DNA of 58,887 bases, filler included, from Asterionella formosa (taxonomy: Eukaryota): assembly GCA_002256025.1 (NCBI GenBank). It is 10 parts of 10 records of this genome, joined end to end, with 100 filler letters (N's around TTAATTAATTAA, not from the genome) between each part and the next. Parts side by side here need not be neighbours in the genome. Positions count along the whole stretch, not along the records: positions 47,225 to 53,006 come from NKIB01012924.1; positions 53,107 to 58,887 come from NKIB01012925.1; 8 more parts are not named here. One strand, written 5' to 3'. The stretch's first letter is position 1, and every line of letters begins with the position of its first letter. Positions 47,372 to 58,887 of the stretch are shown in pieces. The position numbers and the translations under genes are program-made. Under the pieces are notes generated by a model. The model saw only the letters and a program-made list of their open reading frames with translations, did no database searches and was not told where the DNA came from.

Positions 47372-49781
47372 ATGGTAAGGCTCTCCTTAGCGATAGGCGC
47401 ACTCCCAGTATGCATCCTTTCCTATCCTACCATTAGCGCCTTTGCGCCAATCTTCCCTCTACCATCACGCTTGTTGCTGCTTCCTCCTCGTCCAGCAAAT
47501 CATCACCTAGACTATGTTAGCAGCAGAAGTAGCAGCAGTGGTTCAACTACTACTACAGCTCTGTTTGGAATTCCCAAAATGTTTCGATGGCTGACAGATC
47601 AATATCCTAATATTAACAAACGAATCAATGAAGGACTCGCGGCCAATACTATTCAAGTAGACAACTTGTACTTGGATATGAACGGAATCATCCACCCGTG
47701 CACACATGGAAATGCAGAAGGAGTTGTGATTGTCTTGGATGAGACTGCCATGTTTAAGAAAATATTCTTATACGTGGACCGGTAAGTGTTGCTGACAAGG
47801 ATCTCTCTATATAGATACCATGGCGTTCCATTCATTCACTTCTCTCTCACTCGTCATGACCAACATCAAAATAACCTGTAGCCTTTACAAACTAGTTCAA
47901 CCTGGTAATGTTCTCTATTTAGCTGTGGATGGCGTCGCCCCACGTGCCAAGATGAATCAACAACGATCTCGGCGCTTTAGATCTGCCAAGGAGGCGGAAC
48001 AAACTGCCATGGAAATTATGGCCAGAGATGGGGTCATGCCACAAGGGACAGCCTTTGATTCCAATTGCATTACACCAGGTACTGACTTTATGCTTAAATT
48101 GAGTTTAGCCATGCAAAAGTGGGTAGAATTTAAAATCGAGACGGATCCATTTTGGAGTTCTGGGGCAACTGTGATTGTTAGTGGACCTGATGTACCGGGG
48201 GAGGGGGAGCACAAGGTCATGGACTTTATAAGACAAGAACGAGACAAGTACCAAAACAAGGATCCCACATCACACTATGAACCAGACCAAACACACGTAT
48301 TGTATGGATTGGATGCAGATCTAATCATGTTGGGACTTGTCACGCATGAACAGAATTTTATGTTGTTGCGGGAGAAAATGTCGGTCGTTATGGCTGGTCG
48401 TGGAAGAAACAAGGGACAAAAGAAAAAAGATATGCTGGAATACAATGAAAATGATTTTGAAGTGCTGGAACTAAAGTCACTCAGGGAATTGTTGTCGATT
48501 CAATTTAGAAGATTTTCTGATGACATGTTGAAAGTGCCATATTCTTTGGAGAGAGTGATTGATGACTTTGTTTTCATGTGCATGATGGTGGGTAATGACT
48601 TTTTGCCACATTTGCCTCATATGGAAATTGACAATGGAGCTATTAGTCTTATGATGTCAACCTATGTGGAGTTACTTCCGGAGTGGGGGGATTATTTGAC
48701 CGACAAAGAGAAGATTCACCCAGCTCGGTTTGAACAATTCGTTTATCAATTAGCTGTGTACGAAGAGGAGCATTTCAAAAGGCGAGGACACGACGAGAAT
48801 GAACCAGGTTGGAAGCTTTCGACGGCGTTAGAAAACGAGGATACAGACTTCTATGGTACTTATTATGGTGGCATGCCGACACCAGAATGTGCAGTTCCTG
48901 CAAATCGAAAAGGTGCTGTGGCTCCACCAGAGAATGATCAGACAGCAGGGTTCTTGCCAGTAGACAATATGGCCTTTCGAAAAGATCACCCTGGTGATGT
49001 GAGTAGATCATACCGCGATTTTTACTACAACAGCAAGTTGAAGTGGCCTGTGACGGACAAGAATCGAACACTCTTCCAGCGCCGAGCCATTGTCCGCGAC
49101 TATATGGAAGGTTTGCACTGGAACTTGAACTATTATCACAACGGATGTATGTCGTGGGAATGGTTCTTTCCGTACCTCTATGCTCCCTTGGGGACGGATC
49201 TGGTCAATTTAGATGAATTCTACGGCGAGGATTCACCCGCCAATGAACGTGGCTTCAAGACGTTTCCTTTCGAAAAGGGCGAACCATTTCCTTCGTTAGG
49301 GCAGTTGCTATCTGTTTTGCCACCTCAGTCTGCTGCACTCTTGCCCAAACCTATTGGAGAACTCATGTTGCATCCTTCCAGTCCACTTATTGAATACTAC
49401 CCTCAAGACTTTACTTCGGATGCCAACGGCAAGCGTCAATCCTGGGAAGCCGTTGTTCAGATTCCTTTTATTGAAGCTAAGGACTTGTTGGGTACATTGA
49501 ATCAAGTGTTGGACGCGGATGCCCAAGCTGGCGAGGTAGAAGGTCTCCTTACCAAGGGCGAGAGACGGCGAAATGAGCGAGGCACGTCTCGGGAATTTGT
49601 TCCTCCCCAGGCCGGTCTTGACCCTGAACAAAGGGACGTGATTGCCCGACAAGCCAAGGCGTCGACACAAGTGAGTCGACCCCGGCAATCTGCCAACGGA
49701 GGCGGACGTGGTGGTAGTAGTGGACGGGGCCGTGGAGGTGGAGGTCGAGGCTCCCTTCAAAACAAGCGACAGTCCTTCTAG
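47372..49781 (+). CDS. XRN-family 5'-3' exoribonuclease with plastid-type presequence, 2 exons (47372-47781, 47882-49781), 769 aa
   Basis: GIPKMFRWL, DNLYLDMNGIIH, AVDGVAPRAKMNQQRSRRF, FDSNCITPGT, GEGEHK, YGLDADLIMLGL, GNDFLPH, YYHNGCMSWEWFFPYLYAP, QLLSVLPPQS. A 100-bp GTAAGT...TAG intron keeps the frame. Confidence 0.95.
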
Positions 49782-50508
49782 TCAAAAAGGTTGCGATTTA
49801 TCAAATTAATTGCTAATAATATACTTGTTCCAAATTTTAGCCAAAACTAGGTAATAAGCTCTCTAGTCGTTCGTGACTTCGCTCAAGATCATGTGGGGAA
49901 ATCTAGATGTATGATTTTGACCAATCCTCCATGTAAACCATTCTATCAGTGAAAAACTGTAAGCCACCGTTATTTTAGTAATGCAACATTCAAAACTTGA
50001 TGCAAGTAAGTTTCAAGTGTATGTTAGACGATGCACTCTACTCAACTAATCAATTTTGATCCTATATATATCGAGCCATGAAGATATAATGTCCCCAAAG
50101 TCATTAATAAGATTGTCGCATAGCAGTACCTTTGGGTCACAATACCCCAGCAGCATTCTATTTGGGTCTTGTAACAGCACTTAAAAACATAATTCATACT
50201 TTTTAACATGGGACTTGTAATGAACATCTCTTTCAGGAGGTAACACGTGTCTTGTACCAAATAGATCATCTGTGTAGACATTGAAACAAAGAACCACTTC
50301 GCCTATGTGAACATCATGATAGCTAACAGTTATTAAAGAAACCAAACTTAAATTGAAACTCACCTATAATGCGCTTTCTAAGACCACAGAGTTACACATG
50401 GAATTTCAAAGCACGGCCTGCCAACAAGTCCATATGCTTCCCTAGTTGTGTCAGTATAGGTGAGTCCGCAACCATCTTTTGCAAATGATGATCATCTTAG
50501 CCACAGCA

Positions 50509-50727
50509 TTAGGGGAAACTCCGACCATCTAGGAAGGTGGCACACTGCGCAACCCACTTTTCAACCAGGAAACAATTGCGGGAATTGAACCACAAAACTT
50601 CAAATCAAAGGCAATGTGCCCAACTAGCTGTTGTTTTAGAAGCAATTGTTGCTTGGGTTCAACTCCCACATTCCTTACCATCCCGCACAGTCTTGCCTAC
50701 TAGTGCGCAAGAAATAGTGGGTTGCTG
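50509..50727. mobile_element. tRNA-derived repeat, copy 2 (rearranged)
   Basis: Shares ttaggggaaactccgacc and gcgggaat(c/t)gaacc...aaaggcaa(c/t)gtgc with copy 1, plus an inverted copy of its central ~75-bp module. Confidence 0.65.
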
Positions 50728-51341
50728 ATTGATTGCAATATTGCAATTTGAATTTAGTCCTCATGGAGGCCGACAAATGTAATGCTTATGCTCTGGTATG
50801 ATGCCGTCAAAACTACCAGTAATAATGTGCAGCAGCCCATTCATACATACCGTTACATATGAAACCCAATCTATACTTGGCAAGCCACCCATGTGCTGAC
50901 AGGAGTGAACTGGTAACTCAATTTCCTTCTGCAGTGAGCTGCAGTGAGCAGGATGTAGGCAGCATGTACGAATGAATTAAGGACAAAGTTTGTCTAGTTT
51001 AAGCAAAATTTTGCTTCAAGTATATTTTCTTAAAGTAGAGTCCATTTGCTTAAACTAACATAGTCCCTCAGTACGTGAGCCCAAAATTACAAATTGTCCG
51101 AACCTGTTTTGTCCGTACTAAACCAGCAGGCATGAACCGTTATGTAGAAGTTTCATACTTTGATTTCATAAGCTGCCGAGTCAAGAATTTGGGAATGTGT
51201 ACACAAAGAAGCAAGATTACTGCAACTACCTTGCTGGAAGTTTGATTCTCGCAAGAAAACATGGAATAAGTCTAGTCGAACTAATCAAACGTGGAGGTGG
51301 TTCACAGCAGTTTTTCTATGTTAACTGGTACCAGGTACGAG

Positions 51342-51430
51342 CAAGTTGCGGTCATTTTGCTTAAATAAACAATTTAATATCTGATAAAGAAAGCTAAAGT
51401 TTTAATTTCATCACAATTTTTACCGCAACT
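51342..51430. mobile_element. ~90-bp MITE, copy 1 (degenerate right end)
   Basis: caagttgcggtcattttgct...ttaccgcaact, homologous to 51615-51702. Confidence 0.7.
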
Positions 51431-51614
51431 ACCGTTAGCAGGTTTCAGGTTGGTGGTGGTACCCTGGTTACCTGGTACCTGGTACCCTGAGGTACACTTG
51501 TTAGTCCAGTCGTTAGTACTTACAGGTTAGTTTTAGTTACTACTGGTACCGTGGCGTTTCTTCTAGTATACCGGTATACTCGGAGTACCAGGTAGTCTTG
51601 GCTACCGTTACCAG

Positions 51615-51702
51615 CAAGTTGCGGTCATTTTGCTTAAACTAACATTTTAATCTGGCAAAAGGATAGCTAAATCTTTAGTTTCAGCAAAATTACCGCAACT
51701 TG
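51615..51702. mobile_element. 88-bp MITE with 20-bp TIRs and CAG TSD
   Basis: CAG|caagttgcggtcattttgct...agcaaaattaccgcaacttg|CAG. Confidence 0.8.
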
Positions 51703-52496
51703 CAGTTACTGCTATGATTGCGTGTACGTTTATAGCGGTTGAGGATTTAACAGCCGGCGCGTTGTCCTTCCTGCTGGGGTTTTTTTCTTCGCGAAATGTA
51801 ACAGTAAAGCACCTACTTGAGAACCTTGAAGTTGCAGGCAGGAGAAAATGGTATGATATACCGGTACTGGTCCATTATTAAAAAGGGGTTTTGTCCGTGT
51901 GAGTGACGATAGGAACCTCAAGGAACAACTACCCAAATTTATTCCATATTTATGCTTACGTTTGTACACATAGAAGGGACCATGATGTGGACAAACAGGA
52001 AAAAGGCTAAGTAACCGGAACCAGGACGGTACTCGGAGTACCAGGCATCAAAACTACCATGTACCATTGAAGTTTCTACAGACTTAACCGGTACTGTAGT
52101 CCAGTCTACCTGTGCTGGTATGGAGGTGACGATTGTTCAGCATCCGCTGTTGTACAGTACCTGGAACCGGTGCCAGGTAGACCAGGTATCTGTACATAGT
52201 CTGACGTAAATTTATGTGACTCGCATTGCAGTTTTTGGTGTACGCAATTGCAGCCACTGATGATCTTTTTGCAGTGAAGATGTAATACTCAAGCACCAAG
52301 TGAGCGACGATTCTGGAACGTAATTGGGAGAAATCTCATTTATCATTAATTGCCATCGTGGTTAGAAGAAACAGACAATTCATTTGCTTTCTTTGGAATT
52401 ATAATTTTTAATCTAAGGGTTCAACACGTTTGTTGAACAAGCAAGAGTTTTTACCGTCATTTGTTTGAATTCATATAGGTATAGATGCTTCATTGA

Positions 52497-53006
52497 TCAT
52501 GATCTCAAAATGCGATCAATCCCTCGTTGAATAGACAATCGTCGAGCGTGATGTTGTGATACATGTTGTTCCTCCAACACTCGCAACGCCAGCTGATATT
52601 GCTGCAATGCATCCTCTGGCTGATCTGATCGCTCATAGCAATACCCCAAATCATTCCGTGTGATTGCCATTTCCATTTGAAACGGAGTCCCATCTAAAAG
52701 TTTGAGTGCCGTTTCGTGGCATTGTACCGCCGCTTGGACATTTTTCTGCACGTGGAGGCGGACCAGTCCCAGCGAATTCCAAGTTTCCGCTAGTTTCCTG
52801 TTGTTGTCATTGACACATTCCACGATTCGTTCTTCTTCTTGCCGTAATCGCATGGACTGGTGCAAGTCCCAGGCCGACGACGTCGACGTGGATGTAGAGG
52901 ATGACAAGGACGATGACAGGGAGGAATTATTCATCTGAAACTGTTCGAGGTCTGCCAAAATCAAGTCCAGCCGAACGCTGCAATTGCTGTTGTTGCTGTT
53001 GCTGCT
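52497..53006 (-). CDS. TPR-repeat protein, C-terminal part (5' end beyond the contig)
   Basis: LAETWNSLGLVRLH..AAVQCHETALKL and MAITRNDLGYCYER..ALQQYQLAL, with poly-Ser/Gln upstream. Confidence 0.8.
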   Translation of the reverse strand, partial: SSNSNNSNCSVRLDLILADLEQFQMNNSSLSSSLSSSTSTSTSSAWDLHQSMRLRQEEERIVECVNDNNRKLAETWNSLGLVRLHVQKNVQAAVQCHETALKLLDGTPFQMEMAITRNDLGYCYERSDQPEDALQQYQLALRVLEEQHVSQHHARRLSIQRGIDRILRS

Positions 53007-53106
53007 NNNNNNNNNNNNNNNNNNNNNNNNNNNNNNNNNNNNNNNNNNNNTTAATTAATTAANNNNNNNNNNNNNNNNNNNNNNNNNNNNNNNNNNNNNN
53101 NNNNNN

Positions 53107-55210
53107 ATGGTACAAATTACCTTAACGTGAACGAGAATGTTGCTTTCGATGTTACTGGCTACTGCTATTATCTTGAGGACGGTGTGGAGCATCACAATAC
53201 CATTTCATTCAACCTGGCTGCTCATATTCATCTCTTGGGACCAGAGCCACCTTGGGGTGGGGGACAAACAACCAAGGTATATCAACAGAGTAATATCTTA
53301 ACTCTCCCTGCTGATGTAACAGCCTCTGGGTTTTACATCACAAATGTTCAGAACAATATTATTGGCAATGCTGCTTCTGGTGGCTGGTCTGGATTTGCGT
53401 TCCCGAACCTACCTACACCACTTGGTATCCATCAAAACTTGTTGATGCGACCCTCATCTGCATTGCCTTTGATAATTAATGGGAATACGGCCCACAGTAC
53501 TGGATGGTGGTGGTATCATGCTGGTGCTTTCTATTTTGGCGGAGCTCTCTACTACAGCGGAGGAAAGCTTGAGTACAACCCTGGTCGTGACTTTGACTTC
53601 AATAATCATGGAAGAGACACATGCAAGTCAGACTTGTGCTCGGATGGAGTATGCGGTGGGTGGTGCGCAGAATACGATAAACTGTGGATACGAATGACAA
53701 ATACCAAAGCATTCTTGGTTCCTAGTGTTGGCCTGAATTCTTGGTCCGGTCGTATGGAGATTGTTGGTTTTGAAGCACACGATGTTGGTCTCTCCATTGA
53801 AGCTTTGGAAGCTGGGTTCTGGATCGATAATATGATGGTTGCGTGTCGTACAGGAACCAAACTTGCACTGCCCACAGGTGCTTCTACTTCATCTATGAGT
53901 GGCAATGGATTTACTTGGTATGATACAGGCCAGGAGCACATCATAACGAATTCATTGTTTCGAAACTGTGGTTATCGTTCACAGCAATACAACCAGTATG
54001 ACAATACCACCACTCGTGGTTGTGGCACTGATGTAAATACTGGATGTGCAAGCTCATCGTATGTGTTTGGTTTCCTCACTCATTCTGATCAATTTAATCC
54101 TGAGGTCATGCAAGGAACAAAAAATATAACTTTTGAGCAATGTGGACGCCGGTTCAGCTTAGACAATTGGGGTAAGTTTTTGAGTGTCAGTGGTCGGACA
54201 CAAAACTGGCTAGACTCTGATGGCACTGTTAGTGGGCTTCGTGTACCGGCTCTCATTGGATCCGGCTTGGTAGGAGCTGGACTTTGGTGGACTGTTGACA
54301 ATGAAGGTATGTGTTTGTGTTGAACATAAAAGTGCTTCTTCAATTTCTTCTTTCTCATGCTTTTGTTGCTTAAGTTGTCCATGACACCCAAGGGCCTTTG
54401 AAGTTCATTAAACAGACCAAGGAAAGAGGGCTTGGTGCATTGACCTTCTATTTTGATTACGCTCGGCATAACCAAGTCGGCAAAACTGTTTGTGGAAATG
54501 GCAACGGTCTACCTTGTCCACCTTTGGGCTACATTAAGCATATGGGGAAGAAGTTTTCTTTGGACAATGGTCTCCCTATCACTGCTAGCGCCGATGTTGC
54601 TGGACCTGTTGGAGGCTTCTCGTGGTTTCTCAAGTTGAACGCAGGGGCACCACAGAAACTCCGTGTAGATACAATTGAAGTTCGCCCAGATACTCCGATG
54701 CTTTTAAGTATTGCATACCCAATTGGCACAACCTTCACGATTACTGCAAATGCCCCGACCTGGTGTTCTCCCAGCGCGCAATACTCTTGCAAAGAAGTTT
54801 TCAAGCCAGTCGACTCAATTGCCGCAGTACGTAAGTCCCTTGGCAACACATACTTTTTCAGTCCACAAGGCTTGTTGACAGTCAGGATTATTCAGACTCC
54901 CAAGGACTATGTTGGAGCGCCAACATGGTTGTTGCCACAGTTCAATACCACAGGCCAATGGAGCAATGGATTTGCATTTCCAAGATTTGAACGGGGTGGG
55001 GTGTTGCTACCAGTCAACAGTTTTGGTCCATGGCTAGATATTGTTACCAATTGCCCAGTATCTACCAATAATAGCGCGTACTGCAGCCAACTGCCACCAG
55101 TTTTGGATCCTGACGTTTGTCCCTCAGGCTATACTCAAATGGCTTATGACAAGTGCTGTTTGGCTACAAATGTTTCTACATGTGTTTTTGCTGATGGAAG
55201 CTCAACTTGA
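53107..55210 (+). CDS. parallel beta-helix protein of the G8/TMEM2/fibrocystin-like type, 5'-truncated, intron 54307-54374
   Basis: NVAFDVTGYCYYLEDGVE..NTISFNLAAH, ADVTASGFYITN..N.IIGNAASGGWSGFAFP, GNTAHS. The GTATGT...TAAG intron restores the frame (NEVVHDTQGPLKF). Cys-rich C-terminus. Confidence 0.85.
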
Positions 55211-55879
55211 GAAATTTGCTGGTTTTTGTCTGGGAGTCTTCATCATTTCATCTGATCAATCCCTACACTTCTTGCTTCAACTTGAATTCTTATTTATTCT
55301 CGCCATTTCTATTTTTTATAATGATTATATCCACTATAGTCGAGGCTCCATAATGCGTACTTAAAAATCCATTTAGCAACTAACTTTACCTTGTTGTTGA
55401 TCCCTTGATTTCTTATTTGTCTAGACAATACCATCAGGATGAGCACATTTAGCATTGATTTGGTTTCCATTGACAATCAATTGTTCTGAAGGCACTTCCT
55501 GGTGCAGCTATCATCTTACCATTTGGGTACTTCTAAGTACTTTTTATTTAGGGGCAATATGGAGCACATTGATTTTTTGGGAGGGACATTGCAGATTTAG
55601 CATGATAGGTAGAAAAGGATTGTATATATGTTATGCATAGTAGAAATACATGTTTTGCATGTGGAATGGGCATCAAAACACACAAGAATGATTGTAAAAT
55701 AGCTGTAGTAAAGTAGAATCCAAGTAGCAGTTGCTCATCCTTCTGCTGCCCCAACCAAACAACCCTGATCAAATGATTCTATGCTTGATAGCCAGGCCAC
55801 TCCTATATCAGCTCCCCACATTGAAAGATAGCAAACCAAGTTATTACAAGAAAAGCATTGCTTGGCGGCAATGTTGACA

Positions 55880-56246
55880 TGATGGTCAATCACTATAAAA
55901 ATCCAGCAATGGGCGCTCATGTGAGCAACATGAATGCTGTGGGAAAGCGATTAAGGCTGATGATGTGATCAGGTTCAAGCTGGCTGTTGTGGAGGATGTA
56001 TTGGGCAAGCCATTGGAGACAATCAAGGTTGTCCTCATCAAGGACGGCACGGAACTTTGCACTGTTGGGTTTCTGGGCAGAGAATTTGCAGCATTTCCTT
56101 CACAATGGAGCAAGTACATCGACAAGTTCGCGCAGGTGCTAGAACTGTATGATGACAATGAAAATTCTATGATGAGAAATAAGAGCAAGAGGAATGCCGG
56201 AATGGCTTCATTCCGCTTGATGGAGGATATTCAAGGCCAGGAGTAG
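55880..56246 (+). pseudogene. Cys-rich/HIRAN-like transposon-associated ORF, copy 2 (5' end disrupted)
   Basis: SSNGRSCEQHECCGKAIKADDVIRFKL..TIKVVLIKDGTELCTVGFLGREFA..KFAQVLELYDDNEN..KSKRNAGMASFRLMEDIQGQE*. Confidence 0.8.
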
Positions 56247-56559
56247 ATTCGATTGTTGGAGTCCTCAGGAGTCCTCAATAACGATATGGAAATGCATTCT
56301 ATACTATATATTATAATATTGTAGAACAGTAAATAGAATCTAGAGTCATTTCCTTGAGAATTTATAGTGATTCACGTCAACTGTAGTTATACTAGCTTCA
56401 ACGCGAAAAATCGAATCGTAAATTACGACTTGAGCTATTTAACATTAATGCTATGGAATGGCTTCTACAAATAAATAATAGAACAATAGAGCATGCTTAA
56501 ACAGACTATAAAGTTATATTTTTAGTCACATGCTACACTTTTTGAATAAAATAGAGTCA

Positions 56560-58403
56560 TCAATCGCTTGCAATGTAACCAACCGCATTCCAAGTGTTCA
56601 AAATTGTTGATTGTGACACCCTCAGCCAAGCTGTCCAAACCCACTGAGCGACATCCTGTCGCTTCACCTTCGTACCATGAGGATGGGCTACCGTCCAGTC
56701 CTCATATCCATTCCTAACTACCGTAAACTTCATTGTCCTGGACCCCCCCCCACCCCCAATGTACACTGCCGTGACTGAATTTGACTGATTTTACTTAAGG
56801 GGGGCCCAGGACAATGAAGTGATTTCCCTTATAATGGACCTAAGTAAATCTCTTTAGTTCTACAGGATAGCCCACAATTTTCTAAGATGTATTAATATGA
56901 CAATTATTTCCCTGCTGATGTGAAAAATGAGAGAGTTCTTCACCTCGCAAGAAAAACGCGACTTCATGTTGTTATCAGCGATCTCAATTTTCGTTGTCAT
57001 TATTAGTGTTATTACTTTACTTCTTTTACGATTGTATTTTCCATGTCGTTCTTAATATAGGTAGCAAGTAGCAAAGCTTTGTTCTCTATTTTCGTAGAGA
57101 TAATTCGTATTTTCGCCATGGTCAAGCTTGCGACAACATTATGAAGGATTCTCCAGCTGCTCACAGCCCTTACCTGTCGTCTCTTGTGTTTTGTATGTAC
57201 AAAAGAATCGCAAAATGGTAGCTAAATAATTTATGCTAGTGCGTACGAGGACAAAAAGAATTATAGCACGTTACTTTGTCTATGACAAGAAAATTATTGG
57301 GTGTTTGGTGCCACCTCGAGAAAAATGTTCAGGGGGGTTCAGCAACCATAGGGGGGTCCAGGACAATGAAGTATACGGTAAACCCTTAAAGGGCTTGTTT
57401 ACTCCAACGTCCAAAACTTGAAGTTTTGATGTGTAGCCACAGCAGTGCCACAATGATCCTGAATCGCATTGAGGCTTGTCACCATCAACTGCGCCTTTAA
57501 CTCATCCATTAGAAGGTAGGATAGTTGGCTACCATGACTGATTGTCCATGGCTTCCACATTTCGCGAATCTATAATGCAAACACCAACTCATCGACCCAC
57601 GCCTTTGCCTGACAACAATAAACCATCTGTGGGGGATAAGTAAACTGTTGATTGTTGAATTCTCGCTGGATCCTGGCATCAGGTACTCCTTTGAAAACAA
57701 CAAGAGTAGCAAGCTTCTCTCCAGACATGGTAACACCCAACAACACTGTGCAACGCATGCTGCTGCCATTGGTGCATAAACTGATGGTTTTTGCACCTTT
57801 ATCAGCTAGCGTGAGCCCGCCTGCCATATCGAAATAAATGTTTGAATCATCTATATTTACGATACTAGCACAATTATACAACCCTTCAAGAAACTGTGCG
57901 TTTATGTACTGGAGATTCTCCTGTATGACACTCAGTACATAGCGCGTCTTTTGTGCTGCCTTGTGGGTGATACAACAATACACAATGTTTTGGGATGTGC
58001 ACCAACAAGCTACACGCTGTTGAATAATGCTCAAGCTAGCAACATGTCCCAACAAGCGCTTCAGCTCAGCAGCAAGCAACAACATGATCGAACAAGCGCA
58101 ATCATCACCACGAAACTGATCATACAAGAGACGAATCGCCGCAAATTCAGCTGCACTATGGCTACGCAACTTGCCTAAATGAAAAGTTTGTTTTTTCAGT
58201 AGAAGATGACCCTCATCCTACAATAAACCTTCTACATCAGAATAACGATTGTCGAAATCATGAAAGTTAGCTTTCCAGCGCCGAATATTGCTGGCGCCGA
58301 TGCCATACTTACATGCAACAGCCTTGATGATACCGGGGAGTTCCCATGCTTCATCCACTAGTACTATGTCGCGCTTTTCTTGCAAGGTGAAGAACTTTCT
58401 CAT
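56560..58403 (-). pseudogene. pogo-family transposase, frameshifted and split by a MITE
   Basis: N-terminal HTH (FTLQEKRDIV..AVACKYGIGASNIRRWK), IVNIDDSNIYFDM, RCTVLLGVTMSGEKL..VVFKG, QAKAWVDE, GYTSKLQVLDVGVNKPFKG | LVRNGYEDW..VAQWVWTAW..ILNTWNAVG. Confidence 0.92.
56721..57378 (+). mobile_element. non-autonomous pogo deletion derivative (MITE) with TA TSD
   Basis: TA|CCGTAAACTTCATTGTCCTGGACCCCCC ... GGGGGGTCCAGGACAATGAAGTATACGG|TA. Removal restores the transposase frame (PFKG-L-VRNG). Confidence 0.95.
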
Positions 58404-58496
58404 TTTTCACTTTTCGGAAACAGTGATCATATTAATATAAATATTAGAAAATTGCGCGCCATCCTGTAGAACTAATAAAATTAACTTAGGACTAGT

Positions 58497-58602
58497 AGTA
58501 TAAGGGAAATCTCTTCATTGTCTTGGACCCCCCTTAAGTAAAATCAGTCAAATTCAGTCACGGCAGTGTATATTGGGGGGTCCAGGACAATGAAGTATGC
58601 GG
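58497..58602 (-). mobile_element. 5' terminus (TIR plus internal inverted copy) of the pogo element
   Basis: ggggggtccaggacaatgaagtatgcgg|TA. About 110 bp are nearly identical to the MITE left end (56721-56833), and an inner repeat cttcattgtcttggacccccc lies at 58513. Confidence 0.9.
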
Positions 58603-58887
58603 TACTTCTAGTAAGATACTTCAACAGGTACGGTACCTGGTACTGGTACCCTGAGAAGCGTGGAAAAATGGGGAGAATGTAGGAGATACTCCTACATTTT
58701 TGGGGAGAAATTCTCCCCTTTTTTCCGCGCTGACATTTATTCCCCTCTAGCTTTTAACACGTATATTTTCTGCGGCCCCGTCAGCAGCGGCTTTTTGGGG
58801 AGACTTTTCTCCCCAAAAACATGTAGAAACAGCGTTCAATTTTGTACCATCGTAGGATTCAGATTGACAGTACATGCATGATATCAA

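Overview
This is eukaryotic nuclear DNA, most likely from a diatom. The evidence is short GT-AG introns, bipartite signal+'SAFAP'-type plastid presequences and CoDi-like Ty1/copia elements. It is not one locus. Ten unrelated ~5.8 kb contigs, sorted by decreasing length (5816 to 5781 bp), are joined by artificial N44-TTAATTAATTAA-N44 linkers. Host genes: an ankyrin-repeat protein, a C2H2/RGG protein, a plastid-targeted unknown, PRP28/DDX23, an HDHD2-like HAD, an importin-beta/transportin-like HEAT protein (7 exons), two TPR proteins, SEC22 exon 1, a WDR59-like protein, CacyBP, an XRN 5'-3' exoribonuclease and a beta-helix protein of the G8/TMEM2 type. The rest is mostly decayed transposons: four copia elements, pogo/Tigger elements, a TIR element nested in a gag gene, MITEs and a tRNA-derived repeat. 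The most notable observations are: (1) two unrelated copia elements whose primer-binding site is complementary to their own LTR rather than to a tRNA, a Tf1-like self-priming signature; (2) an intact XRN exoribonuclease carrying a plastid-targeting presequence; (3) a Cys-rich/HIRAN-like second ORF found twice next to CCGTA-ended pogo termini or transposase; (4) two exactly resolvable nested insertions.
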